Shown here piece after piece: positions 1 to 7,358 of a DNA stretch of 50,636 nucleotides. Location: positions 1-50,636 of IMG/VR virus record IMGVR_UViG_3300047178_000166. One strand, given 5' to 3'. Numbering within the stretch: position 1 is the stretch's first letter; each line of letters starts with the position of its first letter. This stretch comes from a virus. The position numbers were made by a program, and so were the translations under genes. The notes below the pieces were generated by a model that was given only the letters and a program-made list of their open reading frames with translations, ran no database searches and was not told where the DNA came from.

Positions 1-127
1 GGACCCGCCAGGGACGCCCTCGCCGTTCCGCATGCGGAGTTCGTGGGCGACCGGGGCACGGGCATCCGCGTCGTTCGGTGGCGCGACCCTGCCGCGTTCA
101 CAGTCGGCGTCGAGCGCAGGGAGTTCG
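1..127. repeat. Exact 127-bp terminal direct overlap, copy 1 (identical to 50510-50636); marks a circular contig
   Basis: Bases 1-127 recur base for base at 50510-50636. An ORF reads through the junction in frame. Confidence 0.95.
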
Positions 128-372
128 CCGCCGGGCACTCCCTTCTGGTCACCGACCCCGCACGCACCGTCGTCGACCTGTTCTGGCCGCTCTCCGGCGC
201 GACCGAGGGCGGTGCCCGCGAAGCCCTTGCCCGCCTCTACCGGACGGGCGGCGACGAAGCCATGAACCTCTGCACCACGTACGCGAACTCGTTCCGACCT
301 GCCCGCCGCGAAGCGGTCACCGCAGCCGTCGAGACGCTTAGGGAGACCGTGAAATGGACCGCCTTTCCGTAA
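1..372 (+). CDS. abiEi: AbiEi-family antitoxin, C-terminal part (5' end at 50228 across the junction)
   Basis: Same frame as ORF 43..372. It overlaps the start of the downstream AbiEii toxin gene by 19 nt, as is typical for this pair. Confidence 0.7.
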   Translation, partial: GPARDALAVPHAEFVGDRGTGIRVVRWRDPAAFTVGVERREFAAGHSLLVTDPARTVVDLFWPLSGATEGGAREALARLYRTGGDEAMNLCTTYANSFRPARREAVTAAVETLRETVKWTAFP

Positions 373-1286
373 CCATACCTTCCGACCGCCCCGACTGCAG
401 CAAGGTGGGAGAGAGCCGCTACCAAAAGCTCCGGGCGTCCGCGAAGGCGCAGGGCCGCGACCCCGCGTTCGCGTTCCGGCTCTACTGCTTCGAAGGCATG
501 CTCGCGCGCCTCCAGGCGAGCCGCTGGGCCGACGCCTGGGCCCTGAAGGGCGGCATGATCGTCCTGACCCTGCCGGGCGACGGGCTCGTGCGCGTGACCT
601 CCGACCTCGACTTCACGTGCAGCGGCGACGTCACCATGCCCGAGGTGATCGCGATCTTCCGCGAGCTCTGCGACTCGGTGCCCGCCGAAGAGGACGGGAT
701 CGTCTTCTCCCTGGCCGAGGGAAACTCGAGGCTGATGCGCGAGCAGTTCGAGCACCCGACCGCACGCCTCGCGATCCGGGCGACGCTGGTGAACGCGTGC
801 GCCGGGGTCGATGCCCCGTTCGTGGTCGATGTCACCGGCGCGGAAGGCCCGGTCGCGACGCGCGCCGTGACGCTGCCGAAGCTCTACAAGGGCCACGTGC
901 CGCCGACCGTGCCGGGCTACACCTGGGAGAGGGTGCTGGCCGAGAAGCTCCAGACCATCCGTCGCTGCGGCGCGGCCGCCGGGCGCATGCGCGACCTGTG
1001 GGACGTCTGCGCGATCAGCCGCCGCGTGGACCTCGACCTCGACGCGGTGGCCGAAGAGGTCGCCGCCGTGTTCGCGCTGCGCGGCACCGAGCTCGACGAC
1101 CCGCGCGGGTGGGACGGGCTGGCCCCGGCTTCCGCGACGGCACCCGACCGCGCGCGCAATTGGGACGGCCTGATGAAGCGTGCCGGGGCGGACCGCGACG
1201 CGCCGCGCGACCTAGCCGCCACCCTCGACGAGGTGCGCGACTTCGCGTCTCGGGTCGCGGCGCGCGCGCCCGCCCCGGCGATGTGA
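354..1286 (+). CDS. abiEii: AbiEii/AbiGii nucleotidyltransferase toxin (DUF1814-like)
   Basis: 310 aa. LKGGMIVLTLPGDGLVRVTSDLDFTC matches the NTase GG...S.DLDF motif, and the C-terminal RMRDLWDV motif fits. It is coupled to the upstream antitoxin. Confidence 0.8.
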   Translation: MDRLSVTIPSDRPDCSKVGESRYQKLRASAKAQGRDPAFAFRLYCFEGMLARLQASRWADAWALKGGMIVLTLPGDGLVRVTSDLDFTCSGDVTMPEVIAIFRELCDSVPAEEDGIVFSLAEGNSRLMREQFEHPTARLAIRATLVNACAGVDAPFVVDVTGAEGPVATRAVTLPKLYKGHVPPTVPGYTWERVLAEKLQTIRRCGAAAGRMRDLWDVCAISRRVDLDLDAVAEEVAAVFALRGTELDDPRGWDGLAPASATAPDRARNWDGLMKRAGADRDAPRDLAATLDEVRDFASRVAARAPAPAM

Positions 1287-1287
1287 C

Positions 1288-2232
1288 GTGAACCCGACTC
1301 CGGGCACCCTGGCGGCGTATGCGGCGCGCGGTATCGCGCTGCTGGCCAGGTGCGCCCGCGAGACGGGAGTGCCGCAGCCCGGACCGATGACCTTCGCGGA
1401 ATGGCTGGTCGACCAGCGTCCGGTGCTGAAGCCCGCGACCTGGCGGCTCTACCGCGCGTCCGCCGTGCACTTGCTGGAGGGTAACCCGGACACGGAAACC
1501 CGGCGCGCGCTAGAGCTGGTCGCGACCCCCCTGCCCTCCCCCGGCCAGCTGCCAGCGCGCACGTCGGCCTTGAAGCAGAAGAAGGTGGGCTCGGACGACC
1601 TGAAGGACCTCGTGCTGGCCCTGCGCCGCGTCGGGACGGACCTCTCGGCCCTGACGGAGGACTGGCTGGTCGCAGGGCTGATGACGGGCCTTCGACCCTG
1701 CGAATGGGGCGATGCCAACATTGGGCCGGAAATTGTCAACATTGGGGCCGGGCCCGTTCTGGTCGTCCGGAACCGGAAGGCGACCCAGGGTCGCGGCCTG
1801 GGAGAGTTCCGCCCCCTCGAGCTGGCAGGCTTCCACCCCGAGGACGTCGCGCGCATCCGGCGCATGGCCGACCGTGGGCGGGAGTGGACGGCTGCGGGGG
1901 TGTACGCGACCCGGCAGAAGTCGGCGGCCGACTGCCTCGCCCGGACGGCCCGCGCCCTCTGGCCCCGGCGCACGAGATACCCGACGCTGTATTCGGCCCG
2001 GCACCAGTTCTCGGCGCACGCGAAGTCGGTGCACTCGCAGGAGGGCGTCTCGGCCCTGCTCGGGCACGCAGTCGCGGAGACGGCCGTCTCGCACTACGGC
2101 AGGCGGTCTTCCGCGTGGGGCAAGTCGCGCCCCGTGGTGCCGTCGCCGTCACCGGCTGCGGTGGCCTCGGTCCGGTCGCGCACGAGGTCCCGGCCGAGCG
2201 ACCATACGAAGGTGCCGTCCTTCACCGGGTAG
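1288..2232 (+). CDS. int: Tyrosine recombinase / phage integrase family
   Basis: GTG start one base after the abiEii stop. Catalytic signature is present: GLRPCEW (Arg), SARHQFSAH (H-x-x-R), LLGH, and SHY (Tyr). The last ~45 codons overlap a convergent ORF and look like shadow sequence. Confidence 0.8.
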   Translation: MNPTPGTLAAYAARGIALLARCARETGVPQPGPMTFAEWLVDQRPVLKPATWRLYRASAVHLLEGNPDTETRRALELVATPLPSPGQLPARTSALKQKKVGSDDLKDLVLALRRVGTDLSALTEDWLVAGLMTGLRPCEWGDANIGPEIVNIGAGPVLVVRNRKATQGRGLGEFRPLELAGFHPEDVARIRRMADRGREWTAAGVYATRQKSAADCLARTARALWPRRTRYPTLYSARHQFSAHAKSVHSQEGVSALLGHAVAETAVSHYGRRSSAWGKSRPVVPSPSPAAVASVRSRTRSRPSDHTKVPSFTG

Positions 2233-2345
2233 GCGACCCCGGCGAGCGTCAAGTGCGTCACTCCGGTCAGGGGGCGAATGCGGTAGGCCTCGCGCTGCGC
2301 TTCCTGCGCGGCCTCCCACGCGGCCCTGCGTCTCGCCTCTCCCAT
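2094..2345 (-). CDS. Hypothetical protein (83 aa)
   Basis: ATG at 2345 with GGGAGA about 5 nt upstream. In the 2094-2232 overlap with int, GC at codon position 1 exceeds position 2 for this strand but not for int. Confidence 0.45.
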   Translation of the reverse strand: MGEARRRAAWEAAQEAQREAYRIRPLTGVTHLTLAGVAYPVKDGTFVWSLGRDLVRDRTEATAAGDGDGTTGRDLPHAEDRLP

Positions 2346-2578
2346 CGCTTTCTCCCGTCCCCGGATTTCTGTCCTGTGGCAGAATACCGCCGCGCAGCCG
2401 ATTTCCGGTAACGATTGCGGGTTTCCAGTAACGGCCCGGACGACTGCCCCCGTTACCTCGACTCGCGTTGCAACGGATCGCCGGAGCCGTGGATCGCACA
2501 AGCGGGGGTTTCTAGGCGGGCGCAAGATACGGTATTTGCACCGCAGAAACACCCCCACGTGCGGGGTATCCCACGGTG

Positions 2579-2618
2579 CTACGTGGGTGGCAACGTGGTC
2601 ACGTGGCAACGTGGCAAC
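2579..2618 (+). repeat. Iteron array A: tandem 8-bp units GTGGCAAC/GTGGTCAC
   Basis: GTGGCAAC GTGGTCAC GTGGCAAC GTGGCAAC at 2587-2618, preceded by degenerate units. Confidence 0.9.
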
Positions 2619-2640
2619 GGAGGGGGCGTAATCCCCCTCC
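2619..2640 (-). terminator. Hairpin GGAGGGGG-CGTAAT-CCCCCTCC just 3' of the 67-aa gene
   Basis: 8-bp perfect stem immediately after the stop at 2648. There is no U-tract. Confidence 0.4.
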
Positions 2641-2647
2641 GTGGACG

Positions 2648-2851
2648 TCAGATCTCTCCGACGAGCTTCTTGGCCTCGCCCTCGACGGCGGCGACGTCGG
2701 CCGCGATGTCGGCTTCGATGGCGGTCAGGATCTCGGCGGGTGCCGCGCGGAAGGCAGCGACCTTGGCACTCAGCCACGCCTCAAAGCGAGCGATCTCAGT
2801 CTCGGTCGGGGCGGCGGGCTCGGGGGCGGCTGCGGGGGCAACGTCGGTCAT
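2648..2851 (-). CDS. Hypothetical acidic helical protein (67 aa) flanked by iteron arrays
   Basis: ATG at 2851 with GGAG 7 nt upstream. Sequence begins MTDVAPAAAPEPAAPTETEIARFEAWLSAKVAAF. The longer ORF upstream of this start is translated iteron sequence. Confidence 0.55.
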   Translation of the reverse strand: MTDVAPAAAPEPAAPTETEIARFEAWLSAKVAAFRAAPAEILTAIEADIAADVAAVEGEAKKLVGEI

Positions 2852-2945
2852 GGGTCGGCTCCATCGGGGCGGCATGCCCCTTCCCCGAGGGTATGCGGGG
2901 GCGTCTCCCCGGCAAGCGAAAACAAGGCGCACCCCACCGCCGAAC

Positions 2946-2993
2946 GTGACCACGTGGGTCTGTGGCAACGTGGTCACGTGGCAACGTGGCAAG
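2946..2993 (+). repeat. Iteron array B: six tandem 8-bp units
   Basis: GTGACCAC GTGGGTCT GTGGCAAC GTGGTCAC GTGGCAAC GTGGCAAG. It shares a 30-bp core with array A. Confidence 0.9.
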
Positions 2994-3091
2994 ACGGCGG
3001 GGCGGGCTTGCATGGCGGGGACGGTGCGGGCAGGCTCCAGGCGTTTTCAACCGCGACGGAGTCGCACGTGAAGAGGTAGCCCGGAAACGAA

Positions 3092-3119
3092 GACACCCCC
3101 GGCTGCAACCGGGGGTGTC
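3092..3119. promoter_or_regulatory. 11-bp perfect stem-loop in the leader of the winged-helix gene
   Basis: GACACCCCCGG-CTGCAA-CCGGGGGTGTC. It is not downstream of any gene end. Confidence 0.4.
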
Positions 3120-3252
3120 GGGTCGATTGGTCGCCTGCCGGGACAGGGAAGAGGAACCCGATCCTGATAGGCCCGGAGCCCGCAGAACGCAAGCCGTATT
3201 GCGGACGCCGACGCTCGACCTGCGCCCGGCCGACCTCCGGAGGGAGGACAGG

Positions 3253-3936
3253 ATGGAGAGGAAGAGGCCCGTGCCGAGGGGCACGACGCACGTTCGGGAG
3301 TTCGAGCAGCCCGCGCTGCCGAAGGGTGGCAGGGAGGTCCTGGCCGCTGCGTGGAAGCTCGCGGGCGACGGGGTGCTCTCGCCCGGTGCCGTGACCCTTC
3401 TGTGCGCCATAGTGCGGCACGTGGGCCGTCAGGGCCGTTGCGTTCAGACGACCGAAAATCTGGCCAGATCGTGCGCTGTCAGATCGAAGAGCACGATCCG
3501 GGCGCGGGCGGCAGAGCTCGAGGCGGTCGGCCTGATGCTCCGGGTGCCGCTCAAGACGGGCCACGGGCGGGGCGCGGAGCAGGCACCGAACGGGTGGCTG
3601 GTCCTGCACGACGAGTCCGTCCTGGCGCGCCTGGGGGGTGCCGGATTCCGGCACCAACTCAGGATACAAAAAAAACAAAAGGGGGCAGACAGGAGGGCTG
3701 CTCGGGCGGAGAGGCTCGCCGAGGAACGCCGCGACGCGGCAGAGGACGCGGAGCGCGAGTGGGTCCCCGCGCCGGGCTCGCGGCCGTTGACGCGGGGACT
3801 GGAGGAACTGGACGACGTGCTCGGCTTCCTAGACTACCGCCGGGCGGGAGGGGCCTGGCCGCCGCCAGGATGGTCGATGCCCGCAGCCGCGAGCAGCGCG
3901 AGGGCGAGCCCCTTGGCGAGCTTCGTGGCCCTGTAG
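3253..3936 (+). CDS. Winged-helix DNA-binding protein, possible plasmid-type replication initiator or regulator
   Basis: ATG at 3253 after AGGGAGGA. LLCAIVRHVGRQGRCVQTTENLARSCAVRSKSTIRARAAELEAVGLMLRV looks like a wHTH. The last ~34 codons overlap the parA 3' end and look like shadow sequence. Confidence 0.5.
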   Translation: MERKRPVPRGTTHVREFEQPALPKGGREVLAAAWKLAGDGVLSPGAVTLLCAIVRHVGRQGRCVQTTENLARSCAVRSKSTIRARAAELEAVGLMLRVPLKTGHGRGAEQAPNGWLVLHDESVLARLGGAGFRHQLRIQKKQKGADRRAARAERLAEERRDAAEDAEREWVPAPGSRPLTRGLEELDDVLGFLDYRRAGGAWPPPGWSMPAAASSARASPLASFVAL

Positions 3937-4484
3937 GGCAGGCCGTCCGCGCCGCCGGGTGACAGGAGCTCGCTGAGCGGCGCCATGCGGGGCACGGGGG
4001 CCAGGAGGCGGTCTGGAGAGGCGGGAAGCGGCCAGGCCTCCCTGCGCCGCGCGTCTTCCTTCCTGGTCCCCCACGCGCTCGGCAGGCCGTAGGCGGCGGG
4101 CAATGCGTCGAGTGTGAGCCTCGCCCGGTCGAACTCGTGCCGCGCCGCCATGAACGGCACGACGGTCGCGAGCGGGCGGACCAGGGCGGACAGGGCGGCG
4201 TCGAGCTCGTGCCGGGCCGCCGCCCCATCGATCAGGACTACGGGGTCGTCCTCTAGGACCGCGAGCCCGGTCAGGATCGCGGCCAGCTGCTCGGGCTCCC
4301 GGCCGTCGAGCACGACGTAGCGTCGGCCGTCGTCCGTCAGGGGGAACTCGCGGGGATCGGTCGTCACTACGCAGGCGGGCACCGGTGGGCGCAGCATGGA
4401 CAGGCCCACGGCGGCGAGGTGCGCGGTGGTGCTCTTCCCGGTGCCGCCTTTGTCGCCCGAGACGAGGATGTATCTAGCGGGCAT
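3834..4484 (-). CDS. parA: ParA/ParF-type partition ATPase (deviant Walker A)
   Basis: MPARYILVSGDKGGTGKSTTAHL carries a KGGxGKS/T P-loop. About 216 aa. An alternative GTG start lies at 4493. It overlaps the upstream RHH gene by 11 nt. Confidence 0.8.
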   Translation of the reverse strand: MPARYILVSGDKGGTGKSTTAHLAAVGLSMLRPPVPACVVTTDPREFPLTDDGRRYVVLDGREPEQLAAILTGLAVLEDDPVVLIDGAAARHELDAALSALVRPLATVVPFMAARHEFDRARLTLDALPAAYGLPSAWGTRKEDARRREAWPLPASPDRLLAPVPRMAPLSELLSPGGADGLPYRATKLAKGLALALLAAAGIDHPGGGQAPPARR

Positions 4485-4773
4485 CGGGGTCACCCCACTC
4501 GCGCGCGATCAGGTCCTGCACGAGGTCCTGTGCACTGATCCGGCGTCCGTGCTCGGCCGTCTGGCGACCGGCGATCGTGTGCAGGTGCCGGAGCACGGAG
4601 ACGGGCAAGCGGATGTGGAAGCTCTCCCGCGTCTCCCGCCTGTCGTCCCGGCCCCGTGGCATAGTCGCAGGCTCCGGCGCGGACGCGGGAGACGGGACGG
4701 AGGGCGTGACGGCCCGGATGCGGGCGGCGAGGTCGACGGCGGCGGCGGGCGGCTTGGTTTGGGGTGCGGGCAT
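4474..4773 (-). CDS. Ribbon-helix-helix protein, candidate centromere-binding/autorepressor partner of ParA
   Basis: ATG at 4773. ESFHIRLPVSVLRHLHTIAGRQ fits an RHH beta-strand plus helix. It is translationally coupled to parA. Confidence 0.6.
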   Translation of the reverse strand: MPAPQTKPPAAAVDLAARIRAVTPSVPSPASAPEPATMPRGRDDRRETRESFHIRLPVSVLRHLHTIAGRQTAEHGRRISAQDLVQDLIAREWGDPDAR

Positions 4774-4785
4774 GGCTCTGTCTCC

Positions 4786-4909
4786 GTTGCCACGTGGGAA
4801 CGTGGGTCGGTAGCACCGTGGGCTCGTGAGTGGCAACAGTCGAGGGAACGTGCGTGCATGGGTTGGTGTGTGGTCACGTGGCAACGTGGCAACGTGGCAA
4901 CGTGGCAAA
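4786..4909. repeat. Iteron array C: inverted GTTGCCAC, degenerate units, then GTGGTCAC plus four GTGGCAAC-type units
   Basis: GTTGCCAC lies at 4786-4793 next to the RHH start. Five perfect or near-perfect tandem units lie at 4870-4909. Confidence 0.9.
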
Positions 4910-4964
4910 GAGAAGGGCGTCCCGAAGACCGGGACGCCCTGGGAAGGCTGCGGCGATGGCGGGG

Positions 4965-5321
4965 TCACATCCCGGCGGGATACGTCGCCTTCTTGTGGCC
5001 GCCGAGCTCCAGGCCGAGGAAGGACACCTCGAAAAGGAGCACGACGTCATCGATGTCGTTGGCGCGCTGGCGGGCCTGCCGGGAGTACCGCTGGGCGATC
5101 CGGCACAGGGCGGCTGGGAGCCAGGTCGGGGTCGGACGCTCCCCCGACACCCAGCGGCGCACCAGCCGGACGTCGAGCCCGTCACGAGGGCCGCGCGGGT
5201 GGTACTGGCCGAGGTCGCGGGCCAGGCAGGCCTTCCAGTCGTCGCGGTCCGCGTAGGTCGTCTCCCCGAAGCGCAGGAGGTGGTGGGGGGTCAGCTGGGG
5301 GGTCGGCGGAAGGTCGGTCAT
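4965..5321 (-). CDS. Hypothetical protein (118 aa), possible HTH regulator
   Basis: ATG at 5321 with GAGGAT 7 nt upstream. VRRWVSGERPTPTWLPAALCRIAQ resembles the recognition region of Cro/Xre-type HTH proteins (weak). Confidence 0.6.
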   Translation of the reverse strand: MTDLPPTPQLTPHHLLRFGETTYADRDDWKACLARDLGQYHPRGPRDGLDVRLVRRWVSGERPTPTWLPAALCRIAQRYSRQARQRANDIDDVVLLFEVSFLGLELGGHKKATYPAGM

Positions 5322-5357
5322 GGCGTCATCCTCGGCAGGCGGTCAGGGGCGACCGCT

Positions 5358-5397
5358 CTTGTCCCTGACGGTAGGGACAAGAGGTTGCACGTGTCAA
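5358..5397 (-). promoter_or_regulatory. Promoter-operator module 1
   Basis: On the minus strand: TTGACA, 18-nt spacer, TACCGT, overlapped by the palindrome CTTGTCCCT-N6-AGGGACAAG at 5358-5381. It lies about 40 nt upstream of the 118-aa gene. Confidence 0.6.
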
Positions 5398-5456
5398 CGG
5401 TCGAGATCCTGGCGTGGTGCCTGCGCGTGCGCCAATCCTCGCGGCAGGAGGTCGCC

Positions 5457-5759
5457 ATGAGGATACTGATCGCGACGACGGAGCCGGAGGTCGCGGTCCG
5501 GGTGGTGGAACGGCTCGGGCCCAGCTCGGAGCACCTGGCGTTCGCGCTGAGCTGGCACGACCTGGTGCGTGCCGCAGGGCTCTACGAGCTGGTGATCCTC
5601 GATGCCCGCATGCTCGCGGACGGGGACCTGCGGCACCTACGGCCGAGAACCCGGCCGGTCGTCGCATTCGGCCGTGGGAGGGAGCTCGCGGGCGAGATAG
5701 CGGGGGTCGCCGAGGAAGCGATCAGGCGGTGCTATACACAACCCGGACCCCGTGTATAG
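5457..5759 (+). CDS. Small receiver-like (CheY-fold-like, degenerate) protein, 100 aa
   Basis: ATG at 5457 after AGGAGG. MRILIATTEPEVAVRVVERLG...ELVILDARMLADGD resembles receiver beta1 and beta3, but the acidic pocket and the conserved Lys are not evident. Confidence 0.4.
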   Translation: MRILIATTEPEVAVRVVERLGPSSEHLAFALSWHDLVRAAGLYELVILDARMLADGDLRHLRPRTRPVVAFGRGRELAGEIAGVAEEAIRRCYTQPGPRV

Positions 5760-5771
5760 CGGACAATGAAA

Positions 5772-5800
5772 GGGCCCGCCGGAGGTGTCCCGGCGGGCCC
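5772..5800. terminator. Bidirectional hairpin between convergent genes
   Basis: GGGCCCGCCGG-AGGTGTC-CCGGCGGGCCC, an 11-bp stem between gene ends at 5759 (+) and 5829 (-). Confidence 0.6.
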
Positions 5801-5828
5801 GCGCCGCGAAGACTCGAAGCCCTCCACG

Positions 5829-7289
5829 TCATGCCTGGATTCCTTGGTTGATGTGCCGGTCGACGGCGTCCATTCGCTCGAGTATCCAGCTGGCCACGGG
5901 GACGGCCCACGAGTTGCCGATCAGCTTGTAGCGCGCCGTGTCCGCGAGAGGCTTGCCGCGCACCCTGGCCGCGTCGATCCAGTCGTGATCGAAGCCCTGG
6001 AGCGAGAGGCACTCCCCGGGGGTAAGCCTGCGGCAAATCCAGAACGGCTCCGGGTCGCCGGGGCCCCGCAGGGCCGCCGCCATGAGCGGAGGCACCGTGG
6101 CACCGTCGCCCCGCTGGTCGTACACCACGGCGTCGTTCGGTCCCCGGGAGTCCCGCGCGAGCAGGCTGGACGTCGTGCCGTCCGCGACGTAATGGCCAAA
6201 GGCGGGCTGGCGGAAGGCGACGGGCTCCAGGGCGCAGCCGCTGCCGTCCGCGCTATCGTTGCCGAAGCGCACTGCCTGCGCGATGCCCCCGACCGTGCAG
6301 GTCCTGGTGTCGGCCGCGAGGGGCTCGAGAACGCAGCCCTGGTGCGTCCCGGACCCGTCCGTCGCGGCCCGCAGGGTTTGTCCTATGGGTCCAACCTTGA
6401 AGTTGAACACGTCCGCGTGGACGACTATGCGGTCATCGGCCCGCCCCCCGTCACCGGGATTCATCAGTGCGTAGGCCTCGTCCTCGATCCACTCCGCGAC
6501 CTTGGAAGTGTTTCCCTTGACGCCGCGAGGCCGTTCCACGACGGAGAGGGCGATGTGAGCATTTTGCGCGCTGTCATCGATCCTGGCCGACGATCGCCGC
6601 GTCGCGGGGCGCATCCAACCCGTCAGGGCGTCGAGGTCGAGCCCATCGAAATCATATTGAGCAGGGCTTCCCGGAGCTGCGGCGGGAGTGCCTTGCCCCT
6701 GTTCTGCGCCCGACGCATGACCCCCGCCGCCGCCTTCGGCGAGAGCCAGTACCGTCGCAGGTGCGAGCCAGTCTCCAAGATGGAGCGCAATGAACAATCG
6801 ACGCCTTCTCTGTGGAACTCCGAAGTATTTAGCGTCCAACACTCTGAAGGCCGCAGTATACCCGAGTTCCGCCAGTTGCCCGAGGAAGGCTGAAAAGTCC
6901 CTTGACTTGTTGCTGTGCAGCAAACCAGGGACGTTTTCGTAGAGTGCCCATCGGGGGCGCACTTGGTCGAGGACATTCAGGTACTCCAGGCTGAGGTTTC
7001 CGCGCTTGCCCGCGAGGCCCGCGCGCTTTCCCGCGAGTGAGAAGTCTTGGCACGGTGGGCCTCCGACGATCACGTCCGCCCTGCCCCGCCATGCGGACCA
7101 GTCGACGGCGCACATGTCGCCGAGGTTGGGGACGGACGGGTATCTCGCGGAGAGCACCGCGCATGCCGCCGGTTCGATCTCGCTGAAGGCTACGGGGTCC
7201 CACGGAATCCCGGTGCGCTCGACGGCTGCGGTGGCCGCTTCCATCCCCGAACAAAGGGAGATGTATCGCAGGCGTCGTTCGGGCGGCAT
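5829..7289 (-). CDS. dcm: DNA (cytosine-5) methyltransferase, orphan
   Basis: 486 aa. Motifs seen: SLCSGMEA (I), GGPPCQDFS (IV), ENVPGLL (VI), and GNSWAVPV (X). No restriction endonuclease candidate lies adjacent. Confidence 0.9.
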   Translation of the reverse strand: MPPERRLRYISLCSGMEAATAAVERTGIPWDPVAFSEIEPAACAVLSARYPSVPNLGDMCAVDWSAWRGRADVIVGGPPCQDFSLAGKRAGLAGKRGNLSLEYLNVLDQVRPRWALYENVPGLLHSNKSRDFSAFLGQLAELGYTAAFRVLDAKYFGVPQRRRRLFIALHLGDWLAPATVLALAEGGGGGHASGAEQGQGTPAAAPGSPAQYDFDGLDLDALTGWMRPATRRSSARIDDSAQNAHIALSVVERPRGVKGNTSKVAEWIEDEAYALMNPGDGGRADDRIVVHADVFNFKVGPIGQTLRAATDGSGTHQGCVLEPLAADTRTCTVGGIAQAVRFGNDSADGSGCALEPVAFRQPAFGHYVADGTTSSLLARDSRGPNDAVVYDQRGDGATVPPLMAAALRGPGDPEPFWICRRLTPGECLSLQGFDHDWIDAARVRGKPLADTARYKLIGNSWAVPVASWILERMDAVDRHINQGIQA

Positions 7290-7358
7290 CGGCTTTCCTC
7301 GCGCGGGTCACCCAGGCTCGGGTGCCCGGACTCCCGCGCAAAGGAAAATCGAGGGAGG

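Noticed and set aside
2232-2580. tRNA gene or tRNA-derived attP core next to the recombinase (also scanned 12315-13025 and 28440-28745)
   Set aside because: I could not find a T-arm-like GGTTCGAATCC or a cloverleaf by eye. attP remains unlocated; only GTAACG repeats were noted.
2415-3071. ORFs containing ATWQRGNVATWQRG-type peptide repeats (2415..3071, 2576..3079, 4396..5256, and the 5' part of 4830..5759)
   Set aside because: The peptide repeats are simply translations of the 8-bp GTGGCAAC DNA iterons. The arrays are non-coding.
4786-4909. CRISPR array
   Set aside because: The units are 8 bp and directly abutting, with no spacers. They also occur beside par- and rep-like genes. They are iterons, not CRISPR repeats.
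5766-6893. 375-aa plus-strand ORF
   Set aside because: It is antisense to the C5 methyltransferase, which has all the canonical motifs.
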